A DNA stretch of 64,000 nt. Source: Octopus vulgaris. Its lineage: Eukaryota. Under the pieces are notes generated by a model. That model did no database searches. It was given only the letters and a program-made list of their open reading frames with translations, and was not told the origin of the DNA. A program made the translations under genes and the position numbers. Below, one piece after another: positions 51,990 to 64,000 of the stretch. Within the stretch, counting starts at the first letter, position 1, and each line of letters opens with the position of its first letter. The stretch lies in assembly GCA_951406725.2 (NCBI GenBank), contig OX597840.1, positions 31,868,001 to 31,932,000 on the forward strand, written 5' to 3'.

Positions 51990-52584
51990 AAGTAGAGACT
52001 TCAGACTTGAAATATTCAAAGCCACAGTCGAACCAATTCTACTATATGGCTCCGAAACCTGGACGTTATCAAAGAAGCTTGAGAGGCGGTTGGATGGAAC
52101 CTACACTCGCTTCCTTATGAGAGCTCAAAATCTCTCGTGGAAGCGCCATCCAACCAAAATGCAAATATATGGGAAACTACCACCTGCGTCATCTCTTGTG
52201 AAAGGTTAGAGAGTCCAGTTTGCTGGACATTGTTGTAGAGCTGAAAAAGAAGTAATTTCTCCTCTTCTCCTCTGGAAGCCATCTACTCGCAATACCAGAG
52301 GGCGCACACTCTCCTACCCTGATGTAATCTCCAGGGATACAGGCATCCAGCAACAGGACCTCCGTAATGCTATGATGGACCGTAAGTCTGGCGTAGCATG
52401 GTAAATTCCATTGTCTCGGCCACGGTCGCGATGCCAGAGGGCGCACACTCTCCAACCCTGATGTAATCTCCAAGGATACAGGCATCCAGCAACAGGACCT
52501 CCGTAATGCTATGATGGACCGTGAAGTCTGGCGTAACATAGTAAATTCCATTGTCTCGACCACGGTCGAACAATGATGAGGATG
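51990..52584 (+). mobile_element. RTE/RTEX 3' fragment with internal duplication, 9-bp TSD ATTAGGATG
   Basis: Highly similar to 23300-23750; ATTAGGATG at 51981 and 52585. Confidence 0.85.
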
Positions 52585-54682
52585 ATTAGGATGCTGATCC
52601 TGGGATCTTTCGCACTATGCAGTGGCGCCCCCATCAGCTGTTTGTGTAACTTTCGATGTTGAAGTTTGGCATGGGGCCTTCCAGGATTTTCCAGTTGTAT
52701 ATAACTGCATATCTTTCCGACCTTCGTTCAAGTGAGAAGAGTTTTGATTCGTTCACTCTTTTCCAGTAGCTGATATGTTGCAGTGAGACTATTCTTTTTG
52801 TGTAGATTCATTGAATTGCTTCGAGTTCCGGCCGTTAATTTTATACTGTGTGGTGACTATAGTTGGGACCAAGCTGCTGAGGACTATGCCTTCCAAAAGA
52901 CCATCATTGTCTCCTTTTCTCTGATGTGTGAGGTCAGAGAGATAGGCCTATAATTTTTAGCATCTGCTCTGCGTCCACCCTTATGGATAGGGCATATTAT
53001 CCCTTCCTTCAGTTTATCTGGAAGCTTACAATTTGCAAGAAGGCTCTGAAAAAAAGCTGCAGTGGATTTGCAAGGGCTTGTTTGCACGATTTGAGAGGGA
53101 CCGCTGGAAATCCATCAAATCCAGCAGCTGAGTTTGTGTCAAATTCATCTTTGGTCAGTGTTACATCTTCAGTGGAGGCGCAATGGCCCAGTGGTTAGGG
53201 CAGCGGACTCGCGGTCATAGGATCGCGGTTTCGATTCCCAGACCGGGCGTTGTGAGTGTTTATTGAGCGAAAACACCTAAAAGCCTCCACGATCTCCGGC
53301 AGTGGATGGTGGTGATCCCTGCTGTACTCTTTCACCACAACTTTCTCTCACTGTTACTTCCTGTTTCTGTTTTACCTGTATTTCAAAGAGCCGGCCTTGT
53401 CACTCTCTGTGTCACGCTGAATATCCCCGAGAACTACGTTAAGGGTACACGTGTCTGTGGAGTGCTCAGCCACTTGCACGTTAATTTCACGAGCAGGCTG
53501 TTCCGTTGATTCGGATCAACCGGAACCCTCGTCGTCGTAACCGACGGAGTGCTTGATGTAATCAGTTTTCGCCTCTTTTGCCTGTGTCCCAAAAGTGCAG
53601 AACTGTTCGTTCAGTATTTCACTTTTTGGGTTTCCTGTGGCGTACTGAGGCTGTTTCTTTGGCAAACTTAAAGAAAGTTTTAGGGTTCTTCGACTTGATA
53701 TTATAACCCCAGTTTCTTTACCTGCTCTCTCCTTTTCGTGAGATTGAGGCAGCCTTTTCTCAATCTCCAACAGCGTTCTCTCCAGATGAGACTTCTCACC
53801 ACTTTTGGGATGTTCGGGTGGTTCACAATCTGTTCGTCGCCTCAGAAGAATCTTCCTTTGCCTAGGGTTCCTGTTTTCGTGTATGTTGGCCTTGTGCTCT
53901 GGGATAGGTTTGTCACATGTTTGCATTATGGACATGAAATGTTTGTGTTTCATGTCAATATCTGGTGTGGAGAGACATTTAGGCCAATCCTGTTTGAGGA
54001 TCTCTTTCTCAATCAACTTCTAGTTTGCTTTATGAAAATTCAGTTTGGAGAGATTTTAGGTGCTTCGTATAGGCTGTACATCTGTAGGTGCTTTTGTTCC
54101 ATACATAGACAACTCTATTATGTTGTGAGCCGCGACCAGCTTCGGTGTCACTTCAGTATTATGGATAATGTCCATATTGTTTGTAAATTATTTACCCTGT
54201 ATATTATTTGCCCTCTATATTATGTGCCCTTTATATTATTTGTCCTGGTTGGTTGTAGCACAATTTGTTCCATGAATGAAGCAGTGGTAAGGTGGAGCAG
54301 GGACTCCGCCTATGCTTGTTGGCTGTGTCATGCCTGAGAGCATCTGACTCCAGGCCATCCCACATTAGAGAAGTAAAAGTCACCCAAAATAAATATGCCG
54401 ATGTGTGGTTCCAGGTTGGTGGGAACTTCTATCTTTGCTATGCAGTTTTCAAACTTACCTGTACGATTTGGAATATCCGGTGGGCGATATGTAGTACATA
54501 TGACAACATTAAATGCTAATATGTGTACCATTGCAGAGTCACACACTGAATTTGAATATGACAGCAGGACCTGGGGCGTGAGGTCCTCTCGGATGTACAC
54601 AGCAACTCCACTACGTGTCCTTTCTTTTCTGTCTGAGCGTATGAAAATATATTATGGTATGTATATTTCTGCATTCTCTATA

Positions 54683-54823
54683 TAAGGTTGTCCCAAAAGT
54701 TCGTAGAAAGTCTTGAAAAATAATGGTCTTTATTTTGAGGAATAATTTTTGTTGTTTTTGTTAGTACTTGGCGAGTAAAAATTCAATTTTCGCAAGTGTT
54801 TACGAACTTTTGGGACAACCTAA
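54683..54823. mobile_element. Tc1/mariner-type MITE
   Basis: Inverted copy of 32667-32807, TA flanks. Confidence 0.9.
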
Positions 54824-55879
54824 TACAAGATCGAAGGTGCGCTTCCACAGGTGCTATGCATAGAGCTTGATTGCATGCAGAAAGGTCTCTCAGGAACGAG
54901 ATTTTTGTTTTATAGTTCCTGTGCAACAACCCTCTTCTATTTAGTAAAAATATTTTTGTGAGCTCTGTGTTGGTGTTAGTGGTGGCCATCTTGTATCTGT
55001 TGTCGGTGGCGACCTTGTGTATTGGTGGGTGTAGTTCCAAGTTTTTGTCTGTAGCCAGGTCAGCTGCAGGACAATCTTCTGTGTCATGCACACAAAAAAA
55101 GATTGTTATTCCGCTGCTGCCCATTTCATATCTGGGTGTAACCGGCCCTTTTTGTTGAGTTGCGCACTACATCTGAATAATCGTGGTTGGGGAGTGGACA
55201 GTGCACAATGTTTTCTTCTTTGGTGCCTTTCCTTTTGTCCTCTTCGTGGACCGGTGTATTGTTTTGGGCTTTTGGCAGGGCTTCTGCTGTGCAAAGCGGC
55301 AGTCTGCACCATCATCACCAAACCAGCAGTACCCTTGCAGGTAACATTTGAAAATGCTTCTGCTTTGCTCTTGAAACACTTGTAGATTTGTTGGGGTCTT
55401 CGTCCCCAAAATTTTGGTTGTTTCTTCCTTTTCCTTTTCTTTTCCTCCCCTCTCTTCTTTGTTTCTGTCAGCTTTTTTGTCGGTTTTAGGTTTGTTTTTT
55501 CCTTTACGACCCTCTCAAATGTTTGGACTTCTCACATGTTGGGGTCAGGGCAAGTATCATTGTTTTTCTCGTTTGCGGGCCTCTCGCTCGTTTCTTTGGT
55601 TTTGTTCTTTTGAGAGACCACTGGGCCCTGGAGGTTTTCACCATCCTTTTTTGTCATCCTTGGTGAAGTTAGTTCCTAGAATGGCGTCAATGGTATCTAT
55701 GTGCTGTCTAATTAGAACATAGGAACGGAGGAATTAGCGTTTCTTCCCCTCTATCTGGGAAACTCATCAGTTTTCAGTGTCGCTGCGATGGTGTTGCTTG
55801 TGTAGGGGTCTCCTTCAGCAACTTTCCAAGCTCAGACGAAAAATTGCAGTTCTTTCGTTGGCCGGTTCCGTGACATGGA

Positions 55880-55921
<42 letters not shown>

Positions 55922-56330
55922 CATAGATCGAAATAGAGAGACTGAGAGAGAAGGAGATCAGCCTGAGAAGGAGAGATGACGGAAGCAGGGACAGGAAGAG
56001 AGAGGCAGATCAACAGAGAGGGATATAGAAAGGGAGAGAGTTAGAGAAAGAGAGGGGGAAGAGAAAAAGAGAGTGAGGAGCTGGAGACGGAATGGGAACT
56101 GTATATGTATGAACATGCAGATATGCGTGTATAAGTATACTACACAGATATAGACTTTACAGAGAGATTTAGAGAGAGAAAGTGGAAAAGAGAGGCATAG
56201 AAGGGGCGAGAGAAAAAGAAAGAGAGGCAGAGAAGAGAGAAAGACAGATCGACAGGGAGGGAGTGAGAAGAGGAAAAGGAAATAAAGAAGGTGAAAGATG
56301 AGACAGAGAGGAGTGGGTTATACAGTTATG

Positions 56331-56561
56331 TATTTCTTTACTGCCCACAAGGGGCTAAACATAGAGGGGACAAACAAGGACAGACAAAGGAATTAAGTCG
56401 ATTACATCGACTCCAGTGGGAAACTGGTACTTTATTTATCGACACCGAAAGGATGAAAGGCAAAGTCGACCTCGGCGGAATTTGAACTCAGAACGTAACG
56501 ACAGACGAAATACGGCTATGCATTTCGCCCGGCGTGCTAACGTTTCTGCCAGCTCGCCGCC
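56331..56561 (-). mobile_element. SINE family A
   Basis: Matches 16591-16820. Confidence 0.9.
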
Positions 56562-56683
56562 CTTATAAGCCCAGTACTTATTCTATCGGTCTCTTTTGGC
56601 GAACCGCTAAGTGACGGGGCCGTAAACACACCAGCATCGGTTATCAAGCAATGCTAGGGGGACAAACACAGACACACAAACAT

Positions 56684-56740
<57 letters not shown>

Positions 56741-57782
56741 CATATATGCGACGGGCTTCTTTCAGTTTCCGTCTACCAAATCCACTCACAAGGCTTTGGT
56801 TGGCCCGAGGCTAGAGTAGAAGACACTTGCCCAAGGTACCACGCAGTGGGACTGAACCCGGAACCATGTGGTTGGTAAGCAAGCTACTTACCACACAGCC
56901 ACTCCTGCACCACATATATATATATATATATGTGCACACATGTACATCTGAAAGCGCGGATAAGTCTGCGTGGATATGGAAGCACTTTGTCGGTTACGAC
57001 GATGAGGGTTCCGGTTGATCCGAATGAACGGAACAGCCTGCTCGTGAAATTTACGTGTAAGTGGCTGAGCACTCCACAGACATGTGTACCCTTAACGCAG
57101 TTCTCGGGGATATTCAGCGTGACAGAGAGAGTGACAAGGCCGGCCCTTTGAAATACAGGTACAACAGAAACAGGAAGTAAGAGTGAGAGAAAGTTGTGGT
57201 GAAAGAGTACAGCAGGGATCACCACCATCCTCTGCCGGAGCCTCGTGGAGCTTTTAGGTGTTTTCGCTCAATAAACACTCACAACGCCCGGTCTGGGAAT
57301 CGAAACCGCGATCCTACGACCGCGAGTCCGCTGCCCTAACCACTGGGCCATTACTCCTCCTGTGTGGATATATCTATATATCGTCATTATAAAGACGAAA
57401 TTGTCTATAAATATGTATTATATAAATATATTATAATGAGACTATTGGCCAGAAAAAGGATACCGTCCTGGGGCTTCGAAGCTACATCGCCGACAGGAGA
57501 TTCTATATGAATGTGTGTGTGTGTGTGTGTGTGTCTATGTGTTTGTGTGTGTATGTGTGTGTGTGTGTGAGTGAGTGTGTGTGTGTATGTTTCGAAATGG
57601 ATTTATGAATGTTCATACATAATATAAATATAAACAAACATACGTATATATATATATATATCACGTGATCACGTGACCGACCAGACCATCAGATGTTGTT
57701 ACACAACGCTGGTCACAATGCGTTCGCATTGTTTTAGCCTTCGAATGACGCCACCCCGCTGGCTAAGCGAGCAGGCCACGTA

Positions 57783-57835
<53 letters not shown>

Positions 57836-58717
57836 AAATGTGCATGCACATATATAACAGCATTATATACCTGCATATAAGTAAATATTTATGAATATAT
57901 ATATATATATATATACTCTTTACTCTTTTACTCTTTTATTTGTTTCAGTCATTTGACTGCGGCCATGCTGGAGCACCGCCTTTAATTGAGCAACTCGACC
58001 CCGGGACTTATTCTTTTGTAAGCCAAGTACTTATTCTATCGGTCTCTTTTGCCGAACCGCTAAGTGACGGGGACGTAAACACACCAGCATCGGTTGTCAA
58101 GCAATGCTAGGGAGACAAACACAGACACACATACATATACACACACATATATATATATATACATACATATATACGACGGGCTTCTTTCAGTTTCCGTCTA
58201 CCAAATCCACTCACAAGGCATTGGTCGGCCCGGGGCTATAGCAGAAGACACTTGCCCAAGATGCCACGCAGTGGGACTGAACCCGGAACCATGTGGTTGG
58301 TTAGCAAGCCACTCCTGCGCCTATATATATATGTTATATATATAGTTATATATATATATATATATGTTATATATATGTTATATATATACATGTTATATAT
58401 ATATATATATATATTTATGAATATATGTATTGTTTATGGTTATGTTTTCCAGTTTCAGCTCTTGAGCTGTGGCCATGCTGGGGCACCGCCATTTTTTTTT
58501 TACACACACAAACACACACATATACATATATACGACAAGATTCTTTCAGTTTCCGTCTACCAAATCCACTCACAAGGCATTGGTCGGATCGGGGCTATAG
58601 CAGAAGACACTTGCCCAAGGTGCCACGCAGTGGGACTGAACCCGGAACCATATGGTTGGTTAGCAAGCTACCACACAGCCACTCCTGCGCCTATATATAT
58701 ATGCTATATACATATAG

Positions 58718-58775
<58 letters not shown>

Positions 58776-59070
58776 GAATATATGTATTGTTTATGTTTAT
58801 GTTTTCCAGTTTCAGCAATTGAGCTGTGGCCATGCTGGGGCACCGCCATTTTTTTTTTTTTACACACAGAAACACACACATATATATATATACGACATGC
58901 TTCTTTCAGTTTCCGTCTACCAAATCCACTCACAAGGCTTTGGTCGGCCCGAGGCTATAGCAGAAGACACTTGCCCAAGATGCCACGCGGTGGGACTGAA
59001 CCCGGAACCGTGTGGTTGGTTAGCAAGCTACTTACCACACAGCCACTCCTGTGTGGCGTGAGTGTATGTC

Positions 59071-59102
<32 letters not shown>

Positions 59103-59657
59103 GTGTGTTTGTGCATGGGGTATAATGCTTGTGAGAATATTGTGTGCTATTTCTGGCAACTCCTCAACACATGCTGTTATGTGCAATATCAATTACAGCA
59201 CCTTATCTTTGCTGCACCTATCATCTGGTGTCTCAGAGCTATGCAAGATGGGCAGTAATTACTTGTACATCACTCGTTCGCACATACATGTATGTATGTA
59301 TGTGCAACAACGAGCTGAAGAGGCCCACATGCATGCGGCCGTATATACACCTATGTTTTTGCAGCCGTCTGCATACTTATCCGCATTGATACAAAGCCCG
59401 TATTCATTTTTTGAAAAATGGAGAGAGACTTACGTAACGTACACAATCAAATCCACTGACAGACACACACACAAACACCCCACACACACACACACACACA
59501 CACAAACATACACACACGCACACAAACACGAACACACACACACACATGCACGCACACACACGCACACAAACACACACACACACAAACACAAACACAAACA
59601 CACACAAACACACACACACACACACACGCACGCACATACACACACAAACACAAACAC

Positions 59658-59692
<35 letters not shown>

Positions 59693-60051
59693 CATTGATA
59701 ATTCTTTTATTTTTTTTTACTTGTTTCAGTCATTTAACTGCGGCCATACTGGAGCACCGCCTTTTGTGGAATGAATCGACCCCAGGTCTTATTCTATGTA
59801 AGACTATTTCTTATTCGCTCTGTGTACTTTGCCGAACCGCTAGTTTACGGAGACGTAAACACACCAACACTGGTTGTCAAGCTATGGTGGGGAGACAAAC
59901 ACAAACACACGAACATCTATAAACGTATTACATATATATATATATATATATATAACGGGAAGCTTTACGAAAATAGACAAAAGACGAAGGCAGGTGGAAT
60001 ACAAACAAACAATTGTATTAGTATGGCGCTCAGGAATATAAATAAAACAAG

Positions 60052-60089
60052 TCTTTTACGTTTCGAGCCCACGCTCTTCGACAGAAAGA
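60052..60089 (-). ncRNA. Minimal hammerhead motif (core mutated, CTGTCGA)
   Basis: tcttt-CTGTCGA-a-gagc-gtgg-gctc-GAAAC-GTA-aaaga. Confidence 0.55.
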
Positions 60090-60317
60090 TACACAGAGAG
60101 AAAAGAAACACAGAAAGAAACAAGGAGAGAAAAAAAATACTAGCGAATCAACATGGCGATCTGATTTCGGCCAGAAGTCAAAGATCAAACGTGAGACGCA
60201 AGAGCGAAATTAGGGGAGATAATAGGGTTAAATGACCTCGCCCCAACATAAGTGTGTATGTGTATGAGAGAGTATGTAGTGCGTATGAGAGGTCTGGACG
60301 TGTGTACGTATATATGA

Positions 60318-60351
<34 letters not shown>

Positions 60352-60533
60352 GCCACGAGATTGAACTCGTTAAAGTATGATTCTTATAATATCGATCTCT
60401 TTTGAAGAGCCGCTATGTCTTTAGTATGTCAAGATATTTTTATGTAATTTTGGTAAATATATCTGTTAAAGTGAGATGTTAGTGTTATATTAATTTTTGT
60501 GTAATTTAGACGAGAATTTATTCACCGCACCCC

Positions 60534-60570
<37 letters not shown>

Positions 60571-61374
60571 GTTTATCTGTCTGTCTATCTATCTATCTAC
60601 CTGTGAATCTACGTCTTTGTCTGTCTGTCTGTCTCTCTGTCTCTCTCTCTCTCTCTACACACACACATGCATATACACACCACACACATTTGTGCGCACA
60701 CCTATATACTTACACATATGTGGAAGCACTCCGTCGGTTACGACGACGAGGGTTCCGGTTGATCCGATCAACGGAACAGCCTGCTCGTGAAATTAACGTG
60801 TAAGTGGCTGAGCACTCCACAGACACGTGTACCCTTAACGTAGTTCTCGGGGATATATTCAGCGTGACACAGAGAGTGACAAGGCCGGCCCTTTGAAATA
60901 CAGGTACAACAGAAACAGGAAGTAAGAGTGAGAGAAAGTTGTGGTGAAAGAGTACAGCAGGGATCACCACCATCCCCTGTCGGAGCCTCGTGGAGCTTTA
61001 GGTGTTTTCGCTCAATAAACACTCACAACGCCCTGTCTGGGAATCGAAACCGCGATCCTATGACCGCGAGTCCGCTGCCCTAACCACTGGGCCATTGCGC
61101 CTCCACTCTTACATATATACATGCATATACACACACTTATATTCAATTTCCTGTACGGTTATGAAACAATACTCTGATTAAAATTTTGTGATATTACCTT
61201 GGAAAATTTTGTGATTATTACCTGGGATATAATGAAGGACTGCTTCAGTTCTTGCATTATTATGGCATATTTGCGCAAATTATGGTTTTAAGTCCAACAT
61301 TCTAATCGAGTTTTTCAAAAGCTAGCTTCGAGTTTAGGACACAAAAGTTAAGTTTTGCAAACCCACGTTATACC

Positions 61375-61607
61375 TATTTCTTTACTATCCACAAGGGGCT
61401 AAACACAGAGGGGACAAACAAGGACAGACAAACGGATTAAGTCGATTATATCGACCCCAGTGCATAACTGGTACTTAATTTATCGACCCCGAAAGGATGA
61501 AAGGCAAAGTTGACCTCGGCGGAATTTGAACTCAGAACGTAGCGGCAGACGAAATATGGCTACGCATTTCGCCCGACGTGCTAACGTTTCTGCCAGCTCG
61601 CCGCCTT
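61375..61607 (-). mobile_element. SINE family A with 15-bp target-site duplication
   Basis: AACCCACGTTATACC (61360-61374) and AACCCACGTAATACC (61608-61622). Confidence 0.92.
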
Positions 61608-62062
61608 AACCCACGTAATACCGCTTTGCTCTTCAGTCCTGTATCGTTGTTCCTCACGATACAATTAAATCAAATTCGATATTTCAATTTTTAAAAAGTA
61701 ATTGGGTTTGTACAGATTTATTGGATTATTGGAAACATGAAAATAATCTTGTGCGCCATTATGTATCTCGATTTTAAGGAAATCGCAATGACATAATTAA
61801 AATTGGCATTTAATATCAAACTTTCATGAGTAATCTCAGAGCGAGTTATAACAAGGATAAATCTCAGAGCGAGTTATAAACAGTAGCGGTAACACAACGT
61901 GATGCATATATGCCATTTGAATATGGCTAACCCAAAAGGGTGGATGCTACTGTAGTTTGTAGCCCCAGGAAGACACCTCCTCCAGCTGGCTATAGACACA
62001 CTATTTGTGTCCTGTCAGTATTTGTGAAGGGGAGTCATCCTCCCCGTCTTCAACACATGATA

Positions 62063-62107
62063 CACACGTACCTGAGTTTCAAGGTGTTTACCTTTCATCA
62101 GCGTGTG
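62063..62107 (-). ncRNA. Canonical type I hammerhead ribozyme
   Basis: cacacg-CTGATGA-aaggt-aaac-acctt-GAAAC-tcag-GTA-cgtgtg; all three stems pair and the core is intact. Confidence 0.85.
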
Positions 62108-62328
62108 ACAATCATGGTTGTCGACGAGAAGTCAGATTCCTTCACAAATACATATACGTATGAGTAGTTTTAGTAAAATAAAATTTATAACGGGATTCCT
62201 GTAGTGATTAGCTGGCATGTAAATTTCGCGGTCGCTTCAAGTGTTGCATGAAAATTATCAAAATAATTCGAAAAACTATCCTTGTTTCAAATAATTATTT
62301 CTTCCTCTTCCTACTAAAAGCGTTAGAC

Positions 62329-62535
62329 CAGGGGTGGGCAAACTACGGGCCGCCATAGGTTTTCATGCGGCCCGCCGAGAGGAATATTTCACAAAATTTC
62401 CTTTCAGTCAATTGTGTGTTTATAGGTCTATAACCGCTTTGACAAATATTTTCACTTGATTTTTATAAATGAGGCCCGCCAAGGTTCCAAAGATGCACTG
62501 TGCGACCCGCGATCAAAAAAGTTCGCCCACCCCTG
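62329..62535. mobile_element. hAT (Charlie-like) MITE with 8-bp TSD CGTTAGAC
   Basis: TIR CAGGGGTGGGCAAAC / GTTCGCCCACCCCTG; CGTTAGAC on both sides. Confidence 0.93.
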
Positions 62536-62689
62536 CGTTAGACGTTACGGAAACATAAAATAACTATTAACCGGTAGCGCTAGTCGTGATAAAATCTCCA
62601 TTGGAATTTCTGAAAAATGTACCATTGAAAATAGCCATTGAAAACAGCCGCAAGTCCAATTGGTGAGTCAAGCCAACTACGTCACGAAT

Positions 62690-62935
62690 TATACCATAAA
62701 TGTTGTGATTTATACAGAAGACAAAACCTGTATTAATTCACATTTTGTGTGCGAAGTTGAATGCACAAAGCACAACTTGATTTATGTTAGTTGTACAGCA
62801 GAATATTTAAACATAATATTCAATGTGCGTAAGTATGAGATGAGGAGCAATGGCACAAATTCTACAGAACTTGTCGAAGAACTTACGTTGCATTTTAAAG
62901 AACATCTGAAAATGCACATTCTCATGAAATATTCT
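62690..62935 (+). pseudogene. Possible decayed GIY-YIG endonuclease of a Penelope-like element
   Basis: C.NSHFVCEVECTKHNLIYVSCTAEYLNIIFN..K.EMR...STELVE resembles the C.S.NVVY.I.C..C...YVG.T...L..RF..H pattern. Confidence 0.4.
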
Positions 62936-63124
62936 GACTTCACTGAGTTTTTAGTCCTTCAAATATGCGGATAAATATATTTGTGATTTACAAGAGTCAC
63001 ACCTTCAGGAAATAGGCAAAATAGAAGCAAATTTCTACCATATTTGCACAAAATATTTTGACCAACAATAATAATTGTGGTAGTAATGATATTATTTGTG
63101 GTATTATAATTATTATCATTAATA

Positions 63125-63170
<46 letters not shown>

Positions 63171-63172
<2 letters not shown>

Positions 63173-63419
63173 TTTTTTTTCTTCTTTCAAATTTGCTTCC
63201 ATTTCTTGCCAGGTATCTTCCCGACTCCTTGGGCAAAGAAACTCATAGTATACATTGGTAGGCCATTAAAACCAAACTCAATAGTTCGTTCATTTAAAAA
63301 AAAAAATTTTTTTAAGTTATATTAAAATACATGAGCAGCAACAGTTCTCACATCGACAATGCTCTTCTCAATACGTGTGATGTACCAGTTAAGACAATCT
63401 TTTGCACTTCTTGCAGGGA
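63171..63419 (-). mobile_element. Very short 5'-truncated R4/Dong-like LINE end within (TAA)n
   Basis: SLQEVQKIVLTGTSHVLRRALSM* plus 3'UTR, with TAA repeats on both sides. Confidence 0.7.
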
Positions 63420-63458
63420 TATTATTATTATTATTATAATTATTATTATTATTATTAC

Positions 63459-63531
<73 letters not shown>

Positions 63532-63583
63532 ATTATTATTAATGTTGTTGTTGTTGTTGTTGCTGTTGTTGTTGTTGTTGTTG

Positions 63584-63616
<33 letters not shown>

Positions 63617-63619
<3 letters not shown>

Positions 63620-64000
63620 GTTTGACTTTTACTTCGTATTTGTACAAATTGGCTGCAAGTCTCACCCAGAGACCTCAGGAGGCAACAAGTTGGAAGTTCA
63701 AGTTGGTGTTATGCCTATGGTGTCATATATTTGGTTTTATACATAGTGTTGTTCAAGAGAATGTTTAAGAAAACATAAAAAAATTAAGTGTGTTTTTAAG
63801 TTTGAGATTACATAGATAGTATATTACGTAGGTTATGGGCAATTCCTATGAGCACTATCTTTTGAATTTCTGCCATTTTGAGATTTCCTGGTATCTGAGC
63901 TACGTAGCAATCATCCCCTTTTGCTATCATTCCTAGGGCATCTATGACAACAGGTTTTGTTTTAGTCTTCAGGTTCCACATTTTGCCAAATTCTATTTCA
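63617..64000 (-). mobile_element. 3' end of R4/Dong-like (RLE) LINE, continuing beyond the window
   Basis: EIEFGKMWNLKTKTKPVVIDALGMI...IPG...EIQKIVLIGIAHNLRNILSM* (stop at 63808); 3' end abuts (AAT)n. Confidence 0.8.

Larger units (their letters stand above)
51712..55870 (-). mobile_element. Decayed CR1-group LINE with nested insertions
   Basis: ORF1 Cys-rich remnant (CYLQGYCWFGDDGADCRF), APE (GVAVYIREDL, ICTTYRPPD, ILGDF), RT (ICPIHKGG..AKNYRPISLTSH), C-terminal GPRLFNIL; interrupted by an RTEX fragment, SINE C and a MITE. Confidence 0.85.

Overview
AT-rich, microsatellite-laden eukaryotic intergenic DNA with no recognisable host gene. The SINE and repeat landscape looks like an Octopus (cephalopod) genome; this is an inference. 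The first 11 kb is a head-to-tail tandem array (period about 5.28 kb, minus strand, running off the left edge) of a young, nearly intact two-ORF L1/Tx1-clade non-LTR retrotransposon. Its last ~40 nt are shared with the 3' tail of a tRNA-derived SINE family present four times in the window, so the two look like a LINE-SINE pair. The rest is a nest of mostly decayed elements. These include an RTE-BovB LINE with a ~77-bp target duplication, a CR1-group LINE, RTE/RTEX fragments, R4/Dong-like 3' ends in (TAA)n, and four SINE types with shuffled heads and tails. There are also non-autonomous Helitrons and a Helentron, Tc1/mariner and hAT MITEs, a long-TIR element with a telomeric-repeat core, many fold-back palindromes, and at least nine type I hammerhead-ribozyme-like motifs of the Penelope/retrozyme kind. 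Coordinates were read by eye and may be off by a few bases.
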